A DNA stretch of 64,000 nt, from the NCBI GenBank assembly GCA_964016885.1, contig OZ024744.1, positions 17,856,001 to 17,920,000 on the forward strand, in the 5' to 3' direction. Shown piece by piece: positions 41,501-54,800 of the stretch. The notes beneath the pieces were generated by a model. It saw only the letters and a list, made by a program, of their open reading frames with translations. It was not told the DNA's origin and ran no database searches. Both the position numbers and the translations under genes were made by a program. Numbering within the stretch: position 1 is the first letter of the stretch; the number at the start of each line of letters is the position of its first letter. This DNA is from Eledone cirrhosa. Its lineage: Eukaryota.

Positions 41501-44500
41501 ATATTTGTGTATGTATGTGTCCCTGTGTATGTCATTGTATGTTTCTGTATGTCTGTGTCACTGTGTATATCACTGTATGTTTCTGTATGACTGTGTAACT
41601 GTCTATCTCACTGTGTGTTTCTGAACGTCTGCGTCACTGTGTATGTCACTGTGCGTTTCTGTATGTCCGTGTCACTATGTATGTCACTGTGTGTTTCTGT
41701 ATGTATGTGTCACTGTGTATGTCACTGTATGTGTGTGTATGTCTGTGTCACGGTGTATGTCACTGTATCTTTGTGTATGCCTGTGTCACTGTGTATGTCA
41801 CTGTGTATGTCACTGTCTCTGTGTGTTTCTGTATGTCTGTGTCTCTGTGTATGTCACTGTATCTTTGTGTATGTATGTGTCTCTGTGTATGTCACTGTGT
41901 GTTTCTGTATGTCTGTGTCACTGTGTATGTCACTGTGTGTTTCTGCATGTCAGTGTCACTGTGTATGTCAATGTGTGTTTCTGTATGTCTGTGCCACTGT
42001 ATATGTCACTGTATGTTTGTGTATGTCTGTGTCACTGTGTATGTCACTGTGTGTTTCTGTATGTCTGTGTCACTGTGTATGTCACTGTGTGTTTCTGTAT
42101 GTCTGTGTCACTGTGTATGTCACTGAGAGTTTCTGTATGTCTGTGTCACTATGTATGTCGCTGTATGTTTGTGTTGTCTGTGTCACTGTGTATGTCACTG
42201 GGTGTTTCTGTATGTCTGTGTCACTGTGTATGTCACTGTGCGTTTCTGTATGTATGTATCACTGTGTATGTCACTGTGTGTCTCTGTATGTCTGTGTCAC
42301 TGTCTATGTCACTGTATCTTTGTGTATGTCTGTGTCACTGTGTATGTCAATGTGTGTTTCTGTATGTATGTGTCTCTGTGTATGTCACTGTATCTTTGTG
42401 TATGTATGTGTCAATGTGTATGTCACTGTGTGTTTGTGTATGCCTGTGTCACTGTGTATGTTACTGTGAGTTTCTGTATGTCTGTGTCACTGTGTATGTC
42501 ACTGTATATTTCTGTATGTCTGTGTCAGTGTGTATGTCACTGGGTGTTTCTGTATGTCTGTGTCACACTGTATATCACTGTATCTTTGTGTAGGTCTCTG
42601 TCACCGTGTATGTCACTGTGAGTTTCTGTATGTCTGTGTCACTGTGTATGTCACAGTGTGTTTCTGTATGTATGTGTCATTGTGTATGTCACTGTATGTC
42701 TCTGTATGTATGTGTCACTGTCTATGTCACTGTATCTTTGTGTATGTCTACGTCACTGTGTATGTCACTGTGTATGTCACTGTGTGTTTCTGTATGTCTG
42801 TGTCTCTGTGTATGTCACTGTATCTTTGTGTATGTCTGTGTCACTGTGTATGTCACTGTGTGTTTCTGTATGTCTGTGTCACTGTGTATGTCACTGTGTG
42901 TTTCTGTATATCTGTGTCTCTGTGTATGTCACTGTATCTTTGTGTATGTCTGTGTCACTGTGTATGTCACTGTATCTTTGTGTATGTTTGTGTCACGGTG
43001 TATATCCCTGTACGTTTGTGTATGTCTGTGTCACTCTATATGTCACTGTACGTTTGTGTATGTCTGTGTGACTGTGTATGTCACTGTATATTTCTGTATG
43101 TCTGTGTCACGGAGTATGTCACTGTGTGTTTCTGTATGTCTGTGTCACTGTGTATGTCACTGTATCTTTGTGTATGTCTGTGTCACTGTGTACGTCAATG
43201 TGTGTTTCTGTATGTATGTGTCACTGTCTATGTCACTGTATGTTTCTGAATGTCTGTGTCACTGTGTATGTCACTGTGTGTTTCTGTATGTCTGTGTCAC
43301 GGTGTATGTCACTGTATGTTTGTGTGTGTCTGTGTCACTGTGTATGTCACTGTGTGTTTCTGTATGTCTGTGTCACCGTGTATGTCACTGTATCTTTGTG
43401 TATGCCTGTGTCACTGTGTATGTCACTGTGTGATTATGTATGTCTGTGTCACTGTGTATGTCACTGTGTGTTTCTGTATGTTTGTGTCACTGTGTATGTC
43501 ACTAAATGTTTGTGTGTGTCTGTGTCTCTGACTATGTCACTGTGTGTTTGCGTGTGTCTGTGTCACTGTGTATGTCACTGTTTGTTTGTGTATGTCTGTG
43601 TCACTGTGTGTGTTTCTGTATGTCTGTGTCACTGTGCATGTCATTGTATCTTCGTGTATGTCTGTGTCACTGTGTATGTCACTGTATCTTTGTGTATGTC
43701 TGTGTCACTCTGTATGTCACTGTGTATTTCTGCATGTCTATGTTACTGTGTATGTCATTGTGTGTTTCTGTATGTCTGTCACTGTGTATGTCACTGTATG
43801 TTTCTGTATGTCTGTTTCACTGTGTATGTCACTGTGTGTTTATGTATGTCTCTGTCACTCTGTATGTCACTGTATATTTCTGTATGTCTGTATCACTCTG
43901 TATGTCACTGTATGTTTCTGTATGTCTGTGTCACTGTGTATGTCACTGTATTTTTATGTATGTCTGTGTCACTGTGTATGTCACTGTATCTTCGTGTATG
44001 TATGTGTCCCTGTGTATGTCACTGTATGTTTCTGTATGTCTGTGTCATTGTGTATGTCACTGTGTGTATCTGTATGTCTGTGTCACTGTGTATGTCAATG
44101 TATTTTTGTGTATGTCTGTGTCACCGTGTATGTCACTGTATGTTTCTGTATGTCTGTGTCACTGTGTATGTCACTGTATGTTTCTGTATGTATGTGTCAC
44201 TGTGTATGTCACTGTATGTTTATGTATGTCTGTGTCACTGTGTATGTCACTGTATCTTCGTGTATGTATGTGTCCCTGTGTATGTCACTGTATGTTTCTG
44301 TATGTCTGTGTCACTGTGTACATCACTGTATGTTTCTGTATGTCTGTGTCACTGTCTATCTTACTGTATGTTTCTGAATGTCTGTGTCACTGTGTATGTC
44401 ACTGTGCGTTGCTGTATGTCTGTGTCACGGTGTATGTCACTGTATGTTTGTGTGTGTATGTGTCACAGTGTATGTCACTGTGTGTTTGTGTATGTCTGTG

Positions 44501-45230
44501 TCACTGTGTATGTCATTGTGTGTTTCTGTATGTCTGTGTGACTGTCTATGTCACTGTATATTTGTGTATGTCTGTGACACTGTGTATGTCAATGTGTGTT
44601 TCTGTATGTATGTGTCTCTGTGTATGTCACTGTATCTTTGTGTATGTATGTGTCACTGTGTATGTCACTGTGTGTTTGTGTATGACTGTGTCACTGTGTA
44701 TGTTACTGTGAGTTTCTGTATGTCTGTGTCACGGTGTATGTCACTGTATATTTCTGTATGTCTGTGTCAGTGTGTATGTCACTGGGTGTTTCTGTATGTG
44801 TGTGACACACTGTATATCACTGTATCTTTGTGTAGGTCTGTGTCAGCGTGTATGTCACTGTATCTTTATGTATGTCTGTGTCACTGTGTATGTCACTGTG
44901 AGTTTCTGTATGTATGTGTCACTCTGTATGTCACAGTGTGTTTCTGTATGTCTGTGTCACTGTGTATGTCACTGTATGTCTCTGTATGTGTGTGTCACTG
45001 TCTATGTCACTGTATCTTTGTGTATGTCTGCGTCACTCTGTATGTCACTGTGTGTTTCTGTATGTCTGTGTCTCTGTCTATGTCACTGTGTGTTTGCGTG
45101 TGTCTGTGTCACTGTGTATGTCGCTGTGTGTTTCTGTATGTCTGTGTGACTGTGTATGTCATTGTTTGTTTGTGTATGTCTGTGTCACTGTGTGTGTTTC
45201 TGTATGTCTGTGTCACTGTGCTTGTCATTG
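40170..45230. repeat. About 5-kb dispersed block, copy 1 (copy 2 at about 56780-61860)
   Basis: ORF pairs 41615/58258 and 42530/59173 (offset 16643), 43250/59881 (16631), 44772/61405 (16633). Shared variants GACTGTGTAACT, GTGCCACT and CTCTGACTATG. Confidence 0.9.
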
Positions 45231-46769
45231 TATCTTTGTGTATGTCTGTGTCACTGTGTATGTCACTGTATCTTTGTGTATGTCTGTGTCACTCTGTATG
45301 TCACTGTGTGTTTCTGCATGTCTGTGTCACTGTGTATGTCACTGTATATTTCTGTATGTCTGTTTCACTGTGTATGTCACTGTGTGTTTCTGTATGTCTC
45401 TGTCACTCTGTATGTCACTGTATATTTCTGTATGTCTGTGTCACTGTATATGTCACTGTATGTTTCTGTATGTCTGTGACACTCTGTATGTCACTGTGTG
45501 TTTCTGCATGTCTGTGTCACTGTGTATGTCATTGTGAGTTTATGTATGTCTGTGTCACTGTGTATGTCACTGTATCTTTGTGTATGTCTGTGTCACCGTG
45601 TATGTCACTGTATGTTTCTGTATGGCAGTGTCACTGTGTATGTCACTGTATGTTTATGTATGTCTGTGTCACTGTGTATGTCACTGTATGTTTCTGTATG
45701 TCTGTGTCACTGTGTATGTCACTGTATCTTTGTGTATATATGTGTCCCTGTGTATGTCACTGTATGTTTCTGTATGTCTGTGTCACTGTGTATATCACTG
45801 TATGTTTCTGTATGTCTGTGTCACTGTCTATCTCACAGTGTGTTTCTGAATGTCTGTGTCACTGTGTATGTCACTGTGCGTTTCTGTATGTCTGTGTCAC
45901 GGTGTATATCACTGTATCATTGTGTATGCCTGTGTCACTGTGTATGTCACTGTGTGTTTCTGTATGTCTGTGTCACTGTCTATGTCACTGTGTGTTTCTG
46001 CATGTCAGTGTCACTGTGCATGTCACTGTGTGTTTCTGCATGTCAGTGTCACTGTGTATGTCAATGTCTCTGTGTGTTTCTGTATGTCTGTGTCTCTGTG
46101 TATGTCACTGTATCTTTGTGTATGTATGTGTCACTGTGTATGTCACTGTGTGTTTCTGTATGTCTGTGTCACTGTGTATGTCACTGTGTGTTTCTGCATG
46201 TCAGTGTCACTGTGTATGTCACTGTGTGTTTCTGTATGTCTGTGTCACTGTATATGTCACTGTATGTTTGTGTATGTCTGTGTCACTGTGTATGTCACTG
46301 TGTGTTTCTGTATGTCTGTGTCACTGTGTATGTCACTGTGTGTTTCTGTATGTCTGTGTCACTGTGTATGTCACTGAGTGTTTCTGTATGTATGTGTCAC
46401 TACGTATGTCGCTGTATGTTTGTGTTGTCTGTGTCAATGTGTATGTCACTGGGTGTTTCTGTATGTCTGTATCACTGTGTATGTCACTGTGTGTTTCTGT
46501 ATGTCTGTGTCACTGTCTATGTCACTGTATCTTTGTGTATGTCTGTTTCACTGTGTATGTCAATGTGTGTTTCTGTATGTATGTGTCTCTGTGTATGTCA
46601 CTGTATCTTTGTGTATGTATGTGTCACTGTGTATGTCACTGTGTGTTTGTGTATGCCTGTGTCACTGTGTATGTTACTGTGAGTTTCTGTATGTCTGTGT
46701 CACTGTGTATGTCACTGTATATTTCTGTATGTCTGTGTCAGTGTGTATGTCACTGGGTGTTTCTGTATG

Positions 46770-49700
46770 TATGTGTCACTGTCTATGTCACTGTATGTTT
46801 CTGAATGTCTGTGTCACTGTGTATGTCACTGTGTGTTTCTGTATGTCTGTGTCACGGTGTATGTCACTGTGTGTTTCTGTATGTCTGTGTCACCGTTTAT
46901 GTCACTGTATCTTTGTGTATGCCTGTGTCACTGTGTATGTCACTGTGTGATTCTGTATGTCTGAGTCACTGTGTATGTCACTGTGTGTTTCTGTATGTTT
47001 GTATCACTGTGTATGTCACTAAATGTTTGTGTGTGTCTGTGTCTCTGTCTATGTCACTGTGTGTTTGCGTGTGTCTGCCTCACTGTGTATGTCATTCTTT
47101 GTTTGTGTATGTCTGTGTCACTGTGTGTGTTTCTGTATGTCTGTGTCACTGTGCATGTCATTGTATCTTCGTGTATGTCTGTGTCACTGTGTATGTCACT
47201 GTATCTTTGTGTATGGATGTGTCACTCTGTATGTCACTGTGTGTTTCTGCATGTCTGTGTTACTGTGTATGTCATTGTGTGTTTCTGTATGTCTGTGTCA
47301 CTGTGTATGTCAGTGTATGTTTCTGTATGTCTGTTTCACTGTGTATGTCACTGTGTGTTTCTGTATGTCTCTGTCACTCTGTATGTCACTGTATGTTTCT
47401 GTATGTCTGTGTCACTGTGTATGTCACTGTATGTTTCTGTATGTCTGTGTCACTGTGTATGTCACTGTATTTTTCTATATGTCTGTGTCACTGTGTATGT
47501 CACTGTATCTTTGTGTATGTCTGTGTCACCGTGTATGTGACGGTATGTTTCTGTATGTCTGTGTCACTGTGTATGTCACTGTATGTTTCTGTATGTCTGT
47601 GTCACTGTGTATGTCACTGTATGTTTCTGTATGTCTGTGTCACTGTGTATGTCACTGTATCTTCGTGTATGTATGTGTCCATGCGTATGTCACTGTATGT
47701 TTCTGTATGTCTGTGTCACTGTGTATATCACTGTATGTTTCTGTATGTCCGTGACACTGTCTATCTCACTGTATGTTTCTGAATGTCTGTGTCACTGTGT
47801 ATGTCACTGTGCGTTTCTGTATGTCTGTGTCACGGTGTATGTCACTGTATGTTTGTGTGTGTATTTGTCACTGCGTATGTCACTGTGTGTTTGTGTATGT
47901 CTGTGTCACTGTGTATGTCACTGTGTGTTTCTGTATGTCTGTGTCACTGTGTAAGTCATTGTATCTATGTGTATGTCTGTGGCACTCTGTATGTCATTGT
48001 GTGTTTCTGTATGCCTGTGTGACTGTCTATGTCACTGTATATTTGTGTATGTCTGTGACACTGTGTATGCCAATGTGTGTTTATGTATGTATGTGTCTCT
48101 GTGTATGTCACTGTATCTTTGTGTATGTATGTGTCACTGTGTATGTCACTGTGTGTTTGTGTATGACTGTGTCACTGTGTATGATACTGTGAGTTGCTGT
48201 ATGTCTGTGTCACGGTGTATGTCACTGTATATTTCTGTATGTCTGTGTCAGTGTGTATGTCACTGGGTGTTTCTGTATGTCTGTGTCACACTGTATATCA
48301 CTGTATCTTTGTGTAGGTCTGTGTCAGCGTGTATGTCACTGTATCTTTATGTATGTCTGTGTCACTGTGTATGTCACTGTGAGCTTCTGTATGTATGTGT
48401 CACTGTGTATGTCACAGTGTGTTTCTGTATGTCTGTGTCACTGTGTATGTCACTGTATGTCTCTGTATGTCTGTGTCACTGTCTATGTCACTGTATCTTT
48501 GTGTATGTCTGCGTCACTGTGTATGTCACTGTGTGTTTCTGTATGTCTGTGTCACTGTCTATGTCACTGTATCTTTGTGTATGTCTTTGTCACTGTGTAT
48601 GTCAATGTGTGTTTCTGTATGTATGTGTCTCTGTGTATGTCACTGTATCTTTGTGTATGTATGTGTCACTGTGTATGTCACTGTGTGTTTGTGTATGCCT
48701 GTGTCACTGTGTATGTTACTGTGAGTTTCTGTATGTCTGTGTCACTGTGTATATCACTTATCTTTGTGTAGGTCTCTGTCACCGTGTATGTCACTGTGAG
48801 TTTCTGTATATCTGTGTCACTGTGTATGTCACAGTGTGTTTCTGTATGTATGTGTCACTGTGTATGTCACTGTATGTCTCTGTATGTATGTGTCACTGTC
48901 TATGTCACTGTATCTTTGTGTATGTCACTGTGTGTTTCTGTATGTCTGTGTCTCTGTGTATGTCACTGTATCTTTGTGTATGTCTGTGTCACTGTGTATG
49001 TCACTGTGTGTTTCTGTATGTCTGTGTCACTGTGTATGTCACTGTGTGTTTCTGTATATCTGTGTCTGTGTATGTCACTGTATCTTTGTGTATGTCTGTG
49101 TCACTGTGTATGTCACTGTATCTTTGTGTATGTTTGTGTCACGGTGTATATCACTGTATGTTTGTGTATGTCTGTGTCACTCTATATGTCACTGTAAGTT
49201 TGTGTATGTCTGTGTGACTGTGTATGTCACTGTATGTTTCTGTATGTCTGTGTCACTGTGTATGTCACTGTGTGTTTCTGTATGTCTGTGTCACTGTGTA
49301 TGTCACTGTATCTTTGTGTATGTCTGTGTCACTGTGTACGTCACTGTGTGTTTCTGTATGTGTGTGTCGCTGTCTATGTCACTGTATGTTTCTGAATGTC
49401 TGTGTCACTGTGTATGTCACTGTGTGTTTCTGTATGTCTGTGTCACGGTGTATGTCACTGTGTGTTTCTGTATGTCTGTGTCACCGTGTATGTCACTGTA
49501 TCTTTGTGTCTGCCTGTGTCACTGTGTATGTCACTGTGTGATTCTGTATGTCTGTGTCACTGTGTATGTCACTGTGTGTTTCTGTATGTTTGTATCACTG
49601 TGTATGTCACTAAATGTTTGTGTGTGTCTGTGTCTCTGTCTATGTCACTGTGTGTTTGCGTGTGTCTGTGTCACTGTGTATGTCATTCTTTGTTTGTGTA

Positions 49701-51670
49701 TGTCTGTGTCACTGTGTGTGTTTCTGTATGTCTGTGTCACTGTGCATGTCATTGTATCTTCGTGTATGTCTGTGTCACTGTGTATGTCACTGTATCTTTG
49801 TGTATGTATGTGTCACTCTGTATGTCACTGTGTGTTTCTGCATGTCTGTGTTACTGTGCATGTCATTGTGTGTTCCTGTATGTCTGTGTCACTGTGTATG
49901 TCACTGTATGTTTCTGTATGTCTGTTTCACTGTGTATGTCACTGTGTGTTTCTGTATGTCTCTGTCACTCTGTATGTCACTGTATGTTTCTGTATGTCTG
50001 TGTCACTGTGTATGTCAATGTATGTTTCTGTATGTCTGTGTCACTGTGTATGTCACTGTATTTTTCTGTATGTCTGTGTCACTGTGTATGTCACTGTATC
50101 TTTGTGTATGTCTGTGTCACCGTGTATGTCACGGTATGTTTCTGTATGTCTGTGTCACTGTGTATGTCACTGTATGTTTCTGTATGTCTGTGTCACTGTG
50201 TATGTCACTGTATGTTTCTGTATGTCTGTGTCACTGTGTATGTCACTGTATCTTCGTGTATGTATGTGTCCATGTGTATGTCACTGTATGTTTCTGTATG
50301 TCTGTGTCACTGTGTATATCACTGTATGTTTCTGTATGTCCGTGACACTGTCTATCTCACTGTATGTTTCTGAATGTCTGTGTCACTGTGTATGTCACTG
50401 TGCGTTTCTGTATGTCTGTGTCACGGTGTATGTCACTGTATGTTTGTGTGTGTATTTGTCACTGTGTATGTCACTGTGTGTTTGTGTATGTCTGTGTCAC
50501 TGTGTATGTCACTGTGTGTTTCTGTATGTCTGTGTCACTGTGTAAGTCATTGTATCTATGTGTATGTCTGTGGCACTCTGTATGTCATTGTGTGTTTCTG
50601 TATGTCTGTGTGACTGTCTATGTCACTGTATATTTGTGTATGTCTGTGACACTGTGTATACCAATGTGTGTTTATGTATGTATGTGTCTCTGTGTATGTC
50701 ACTGTATCTTTGTGTATGTATGTGTCACTGTGTATGTCACTGTGTGTTTGTGTATGACTGTGTCACTGTGTATGATACTGTGAGTTGCTGTATGTCTGTG
50801 TCACGGTGTATGTCACTGTATATTTTTGTATGTCTGTGTCAGTGTGTATGTCACTGGGTGTTTCTGTATGTCTGTGTCACATTGTATATCACTGTATCTT
50901 TGTGTAGGTCAGTGTCAGCGTGTATCTCACTGTATCTTTATGTATGTCTGTGTCACTGTGTATGTCACTGTGAGTTTCTGTATGTATGTGTCACTGTGTA
51001 TGTCACAGTGTGTTTCTGTATGTCTGCGTCACTGTGTATGTCACTGTGTGTTTCTGTATGTCTGTGTCACTGTCTATGTCACTGTATCTTTGTGTATGTC
51101 TGTGTCACTGTGTATGTCAATGTGTGTTTCTGTATGTATGTGTCTCTGTGTATGTCACTGTATCTTTGTGTATGTATGTGTCACTGTGTATGTCACTGTG
51201 TGTTTGTGTATGACTGTGTCACTGTGTATGATACTGTGAGTTGCTGTATGTCTGTGTCACGGTGTATGTCACTGTATATTTTTGTATGTCTGTGTCAGTG
51301 TGTATGTCACTGGGTGTTTCTGTATGTCTGTGTCACATTGTATATCACTGTATCTTTGTGTAGGTCAGTGTCAGCGTGTATCTCACTGTATCTTTATGTA
51401 TGTCTGTGTCACTGTGTATGTCACTGTGAGTTTCTGTATGTATGTGTCACTGTGTATGTCACAGTGTGTTTCTGTATGTCTGCGTCACTGTGTATGTCAC
51501 TGTGTGTTTCTGTATGTCTGTGTCACTGTCTATGTCACTGTATCTTTGTGTATGTCTGTGTCACTGTGTATGTCAATGTGTGTTTCTGTATGTATGTGTC
51601 TCTGTGTATGTCACTGTATCTTTGTGTATGTATGTGTCACTGTGTATGTCACTGTGTGTTTGTGTATGCC
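46770..51670. repeat. 2591-bp offset duplication (about 46770-48700 vs 49360-51670)
   Basis: ORF pairs 46805/49396, 47773/50364, 47967/50558. Shared variants GTCCATG, GTCCGTGACAC and GATACTGTGAGTTGCT. Confidence 0.9.
50675..51666. repeat. 456-bp (exactly 12 monomers) tandem duplication
   Basis: ORF pairs 50826/51282 and 50986/51442. TAGGTCAGTGTCAGCG occurs at 50905 and 51361. Confidence 0.93.
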
Positions 51671-51869
51671 TGTGTCACCGTGTATGTCACTGTGAGTTTC
51701 TGTATGTCTGTGTCACTGTATGTCACAGTGTGTTTCTGTATGTCTGTGTTAATGTCTATGTCACTGTATTTTTGTGTATGTATACGTCACTGTGTATGTC
51801 ACTGTGTGTTTCTGTATGTATGTGTCTCTGTGTATGTCACTGTATCTTTGTGTATGTCTGTGTCACTGT

Positions 51870-54800
51870 GTATGTCACTGTGTGTTTCTGTATGTCTGTG
51901 TCACTGTGTATTCACTGTATCTTTGTGTATGTCTATGTCACTGTGTACTTCACTGTGTGTTTCTGTATGTATGTGTCACTGTCTATGTCACTGTATGTTT
52001 CTGAATGTCTGTGTCACTGTGTATGTCAGTGTGTTTCTGTATGTCTGTGTCACGGTGTATGTCACTGTATGTTTGTGTGTGTCTGTGTCACTGTGTATGT
52101 CACTGTGTGTTTGTGTATGTCTGTGTCACTGTATGTTTCTGTATGCCTGTGTCACTGTGTATGTCACTGTGTGATTCTGTTTGTCTGTGACACTGTGTAT
52201 GTCACTGTATGTTTCTGTATGTTTGTGTCACTGTGTATGTCACTAAATGTTTGTGTGTGTCTGTGTCTCTGTCTATGTCACTGTGTGTTTGCGTGTGTCT
52301 GTGTCACTGTGTATGTCACTGTGTGTTTCTGTATGTCTGTGTGACTGTGTATGTCACTGTTTGTTTGTGTATGTCTGTGTCACTGTGTGTGTTTCCGTAT
52401 GTCTGTGTCACTGTGCATGTCATTGTATCTTTGTGTATGTCTGTGTCACTGTGTATGTCACTGTATCTTTGTGTATGTCTATGTCACTCTGTATGTCACT
52501 GAGTGTTTCTGCTTGTCTGTGTCACTGTGTATGTCATTGTGTGTTTATGTATGTCTGTGTCACTGTGTATGTCACTGTATGTTTCTGTATGTCTGTTTCA
52601 CTGTGTATGTCACTGTGTGTTTCTGTATGTCTCTGTCACTCTGTATGTCACTGTATATTTCTGTATGTCTGTGTCACTGTGTATGTCACTGTATCTTTGT
52701 GTATGTATGTGTCCCTGTGTATGTCACTGTATGTTTCTGTATGTCTGTGTCACTGTCTATCTCACTGTGTGTTTCTGAATGTCTGTGTCACTGTGTATGT
52801 CACTGTGCGTTTCTGTATGTCTGTCTCACGGTGTATGTCACTGTATGTTTGTGTGTGTCTGTGTCACTGTGTATGTCACTGTGTGTTTGTGTATGTCTGT
52901 GTCACTGTATGTTTCTGTATGTCTGTGTCACTGTGTATGTCACTGTGTGTTTCTGTATGTATGTGTCACTGTGTATGTCACTGTATGTGTGTGTATGTCT
53001 GTGTCACGGTGTATGTCACTGTATCTTTGTGTATGCCTGTGTCACTGTGTATGTCACTGTGTGTTTCTGTATGTCTGTGTCACTGTGTATGTCAATGTCT
53101 CTGTGTGTTTCTGTATGTCTGTGTCTCTGTGTATGTCACTGTATCTTTGTGTATGTATGTGTCACTGTGTATGTCACTGTGTGTTTCTGTATGTTTGTGT
53201 CACTGTGTGTGTCACTGTGTGTTTCTGCATGTCAGTGTCACTGTGTATGTCACTGTGTGTTTCTGTATGTCTGTGTCACTGTATATGTCACTGTATGTTT
53301 TTGTATGTCTGTGTCACTGTGTATGTCACTGTGTGTTTCTGTATGTCTGTGTCACTGTGTATGTCACTGTGTGTTTCTATATGTCTGTGTCTCTGTGTAT
53401 GTCACTGAGTGTTTCTGTATGTCTGTGTCACTATGTATGTCGCTGTATGTTTGTGTTGTCTGTGTCACTGTGTATGTCACTGGGTGTTTCTGTATGTCTG
53501 TGTCACTGTGTATGTCACTGTGCGTTTCTGTATGTATGTATCACTGTGTATGTCACTGTGTGTTTCTGTATTCTGTGTCACTGTCTATGTCACTGTATCT
53601 TTGTGTATGTCTGTGTCACTGTGTATGTCAATGTGTGTTTCTGTATGTATGTGTCTCTGTGTATGTCACTGTATCTTTGTGTATGTATGTGTCACTGTGT
53701 ATGTCACTGTGTGTTTCTGTATGTCTGTGTCACTGTGTATGTCACTGTGTGTTTCTGTATATCTGTGTCTCTGTGTATGTCACTGTATCTTTGTGTATAT
53801 CTGTGTCACTGTGTATGTCACTGTATCTTTGTGTATGTCTGTGTCACTCTGTATGTCACTGTGTGTTTCTGCATGTCTGTGTGACTGTGTATGTCACTGT
53901 ATGTTTCTGTATGTCTGTGTCACTGTGTATGTCACTGTGTGTTTCTGTATGTCTGTGTCACTGTGTACGTCACTGTGTGTTTATGTATGTATGTGTCACT
54001 GTCTATGTCACTGTATGTTTCTGAATGTCTGTGTCATTGTGTATGTCACTGTGTGTTTCTGTATGTCTGTGTCACGGTGTATGTCACTGTATGTTTGTGT
54101 GTGTCTGTGTCACTGTGTATGTCACTGTGTGTTTGTGTATGTCTGTGTCACTGTATGTTTCTGTAAGTCTGTGTCACTTTGTATGTCACTGTGTGTTTCT
54201 GTATGTCTGTGTCACCGTGTATGTCACTGTATCATTGTGTATGCCTGTGTCACTGTGTATGTCACTGTGTGATTCTGTATGTCTGTATCACTGTGTATGT
54301 CACTGTGTGTTTCTGTATGTCTGTGTCACCGTGTATGTCACTGTATCATTGTGTATGCCTGTGTCACTGTGTATGTCACTGTGTGATTCTGTATGTCTGT
54401 GTCACTGTGTATATCACTGTGTGTTTCTGTATGTCTGTGTCACGGTGTATGTCACTGTATGTTTGTGTGTGTCTGTGTCTCTGTCTATGTCACTGTGTGT
54501 TTGCGTGTGTCTGTGTCACTGTGTATGTCAGTGTGTGTTTCTGTATGTCTGTGTCACTGTGTATGTCACTGTTTGTTTGTGTATGTCTGTGTCACTGTGT
54601 GTGTTTCTGTATGTCTGTGTCACTGTGCATGTCATTGTATCTTTGTGTATGTCTGAGTCACTGTGTATGTCACTGTATCTTTGTGTATGTCTGTGTCACT
54701 CTGTATGTCACTGTGTGTTTCTGCATGTCTGTGTCACTGTGTATGTCATTGTGTGTTTCTGTATGTCTGTGTCACTGTGTATGTCACTGTATGTTTCTGT

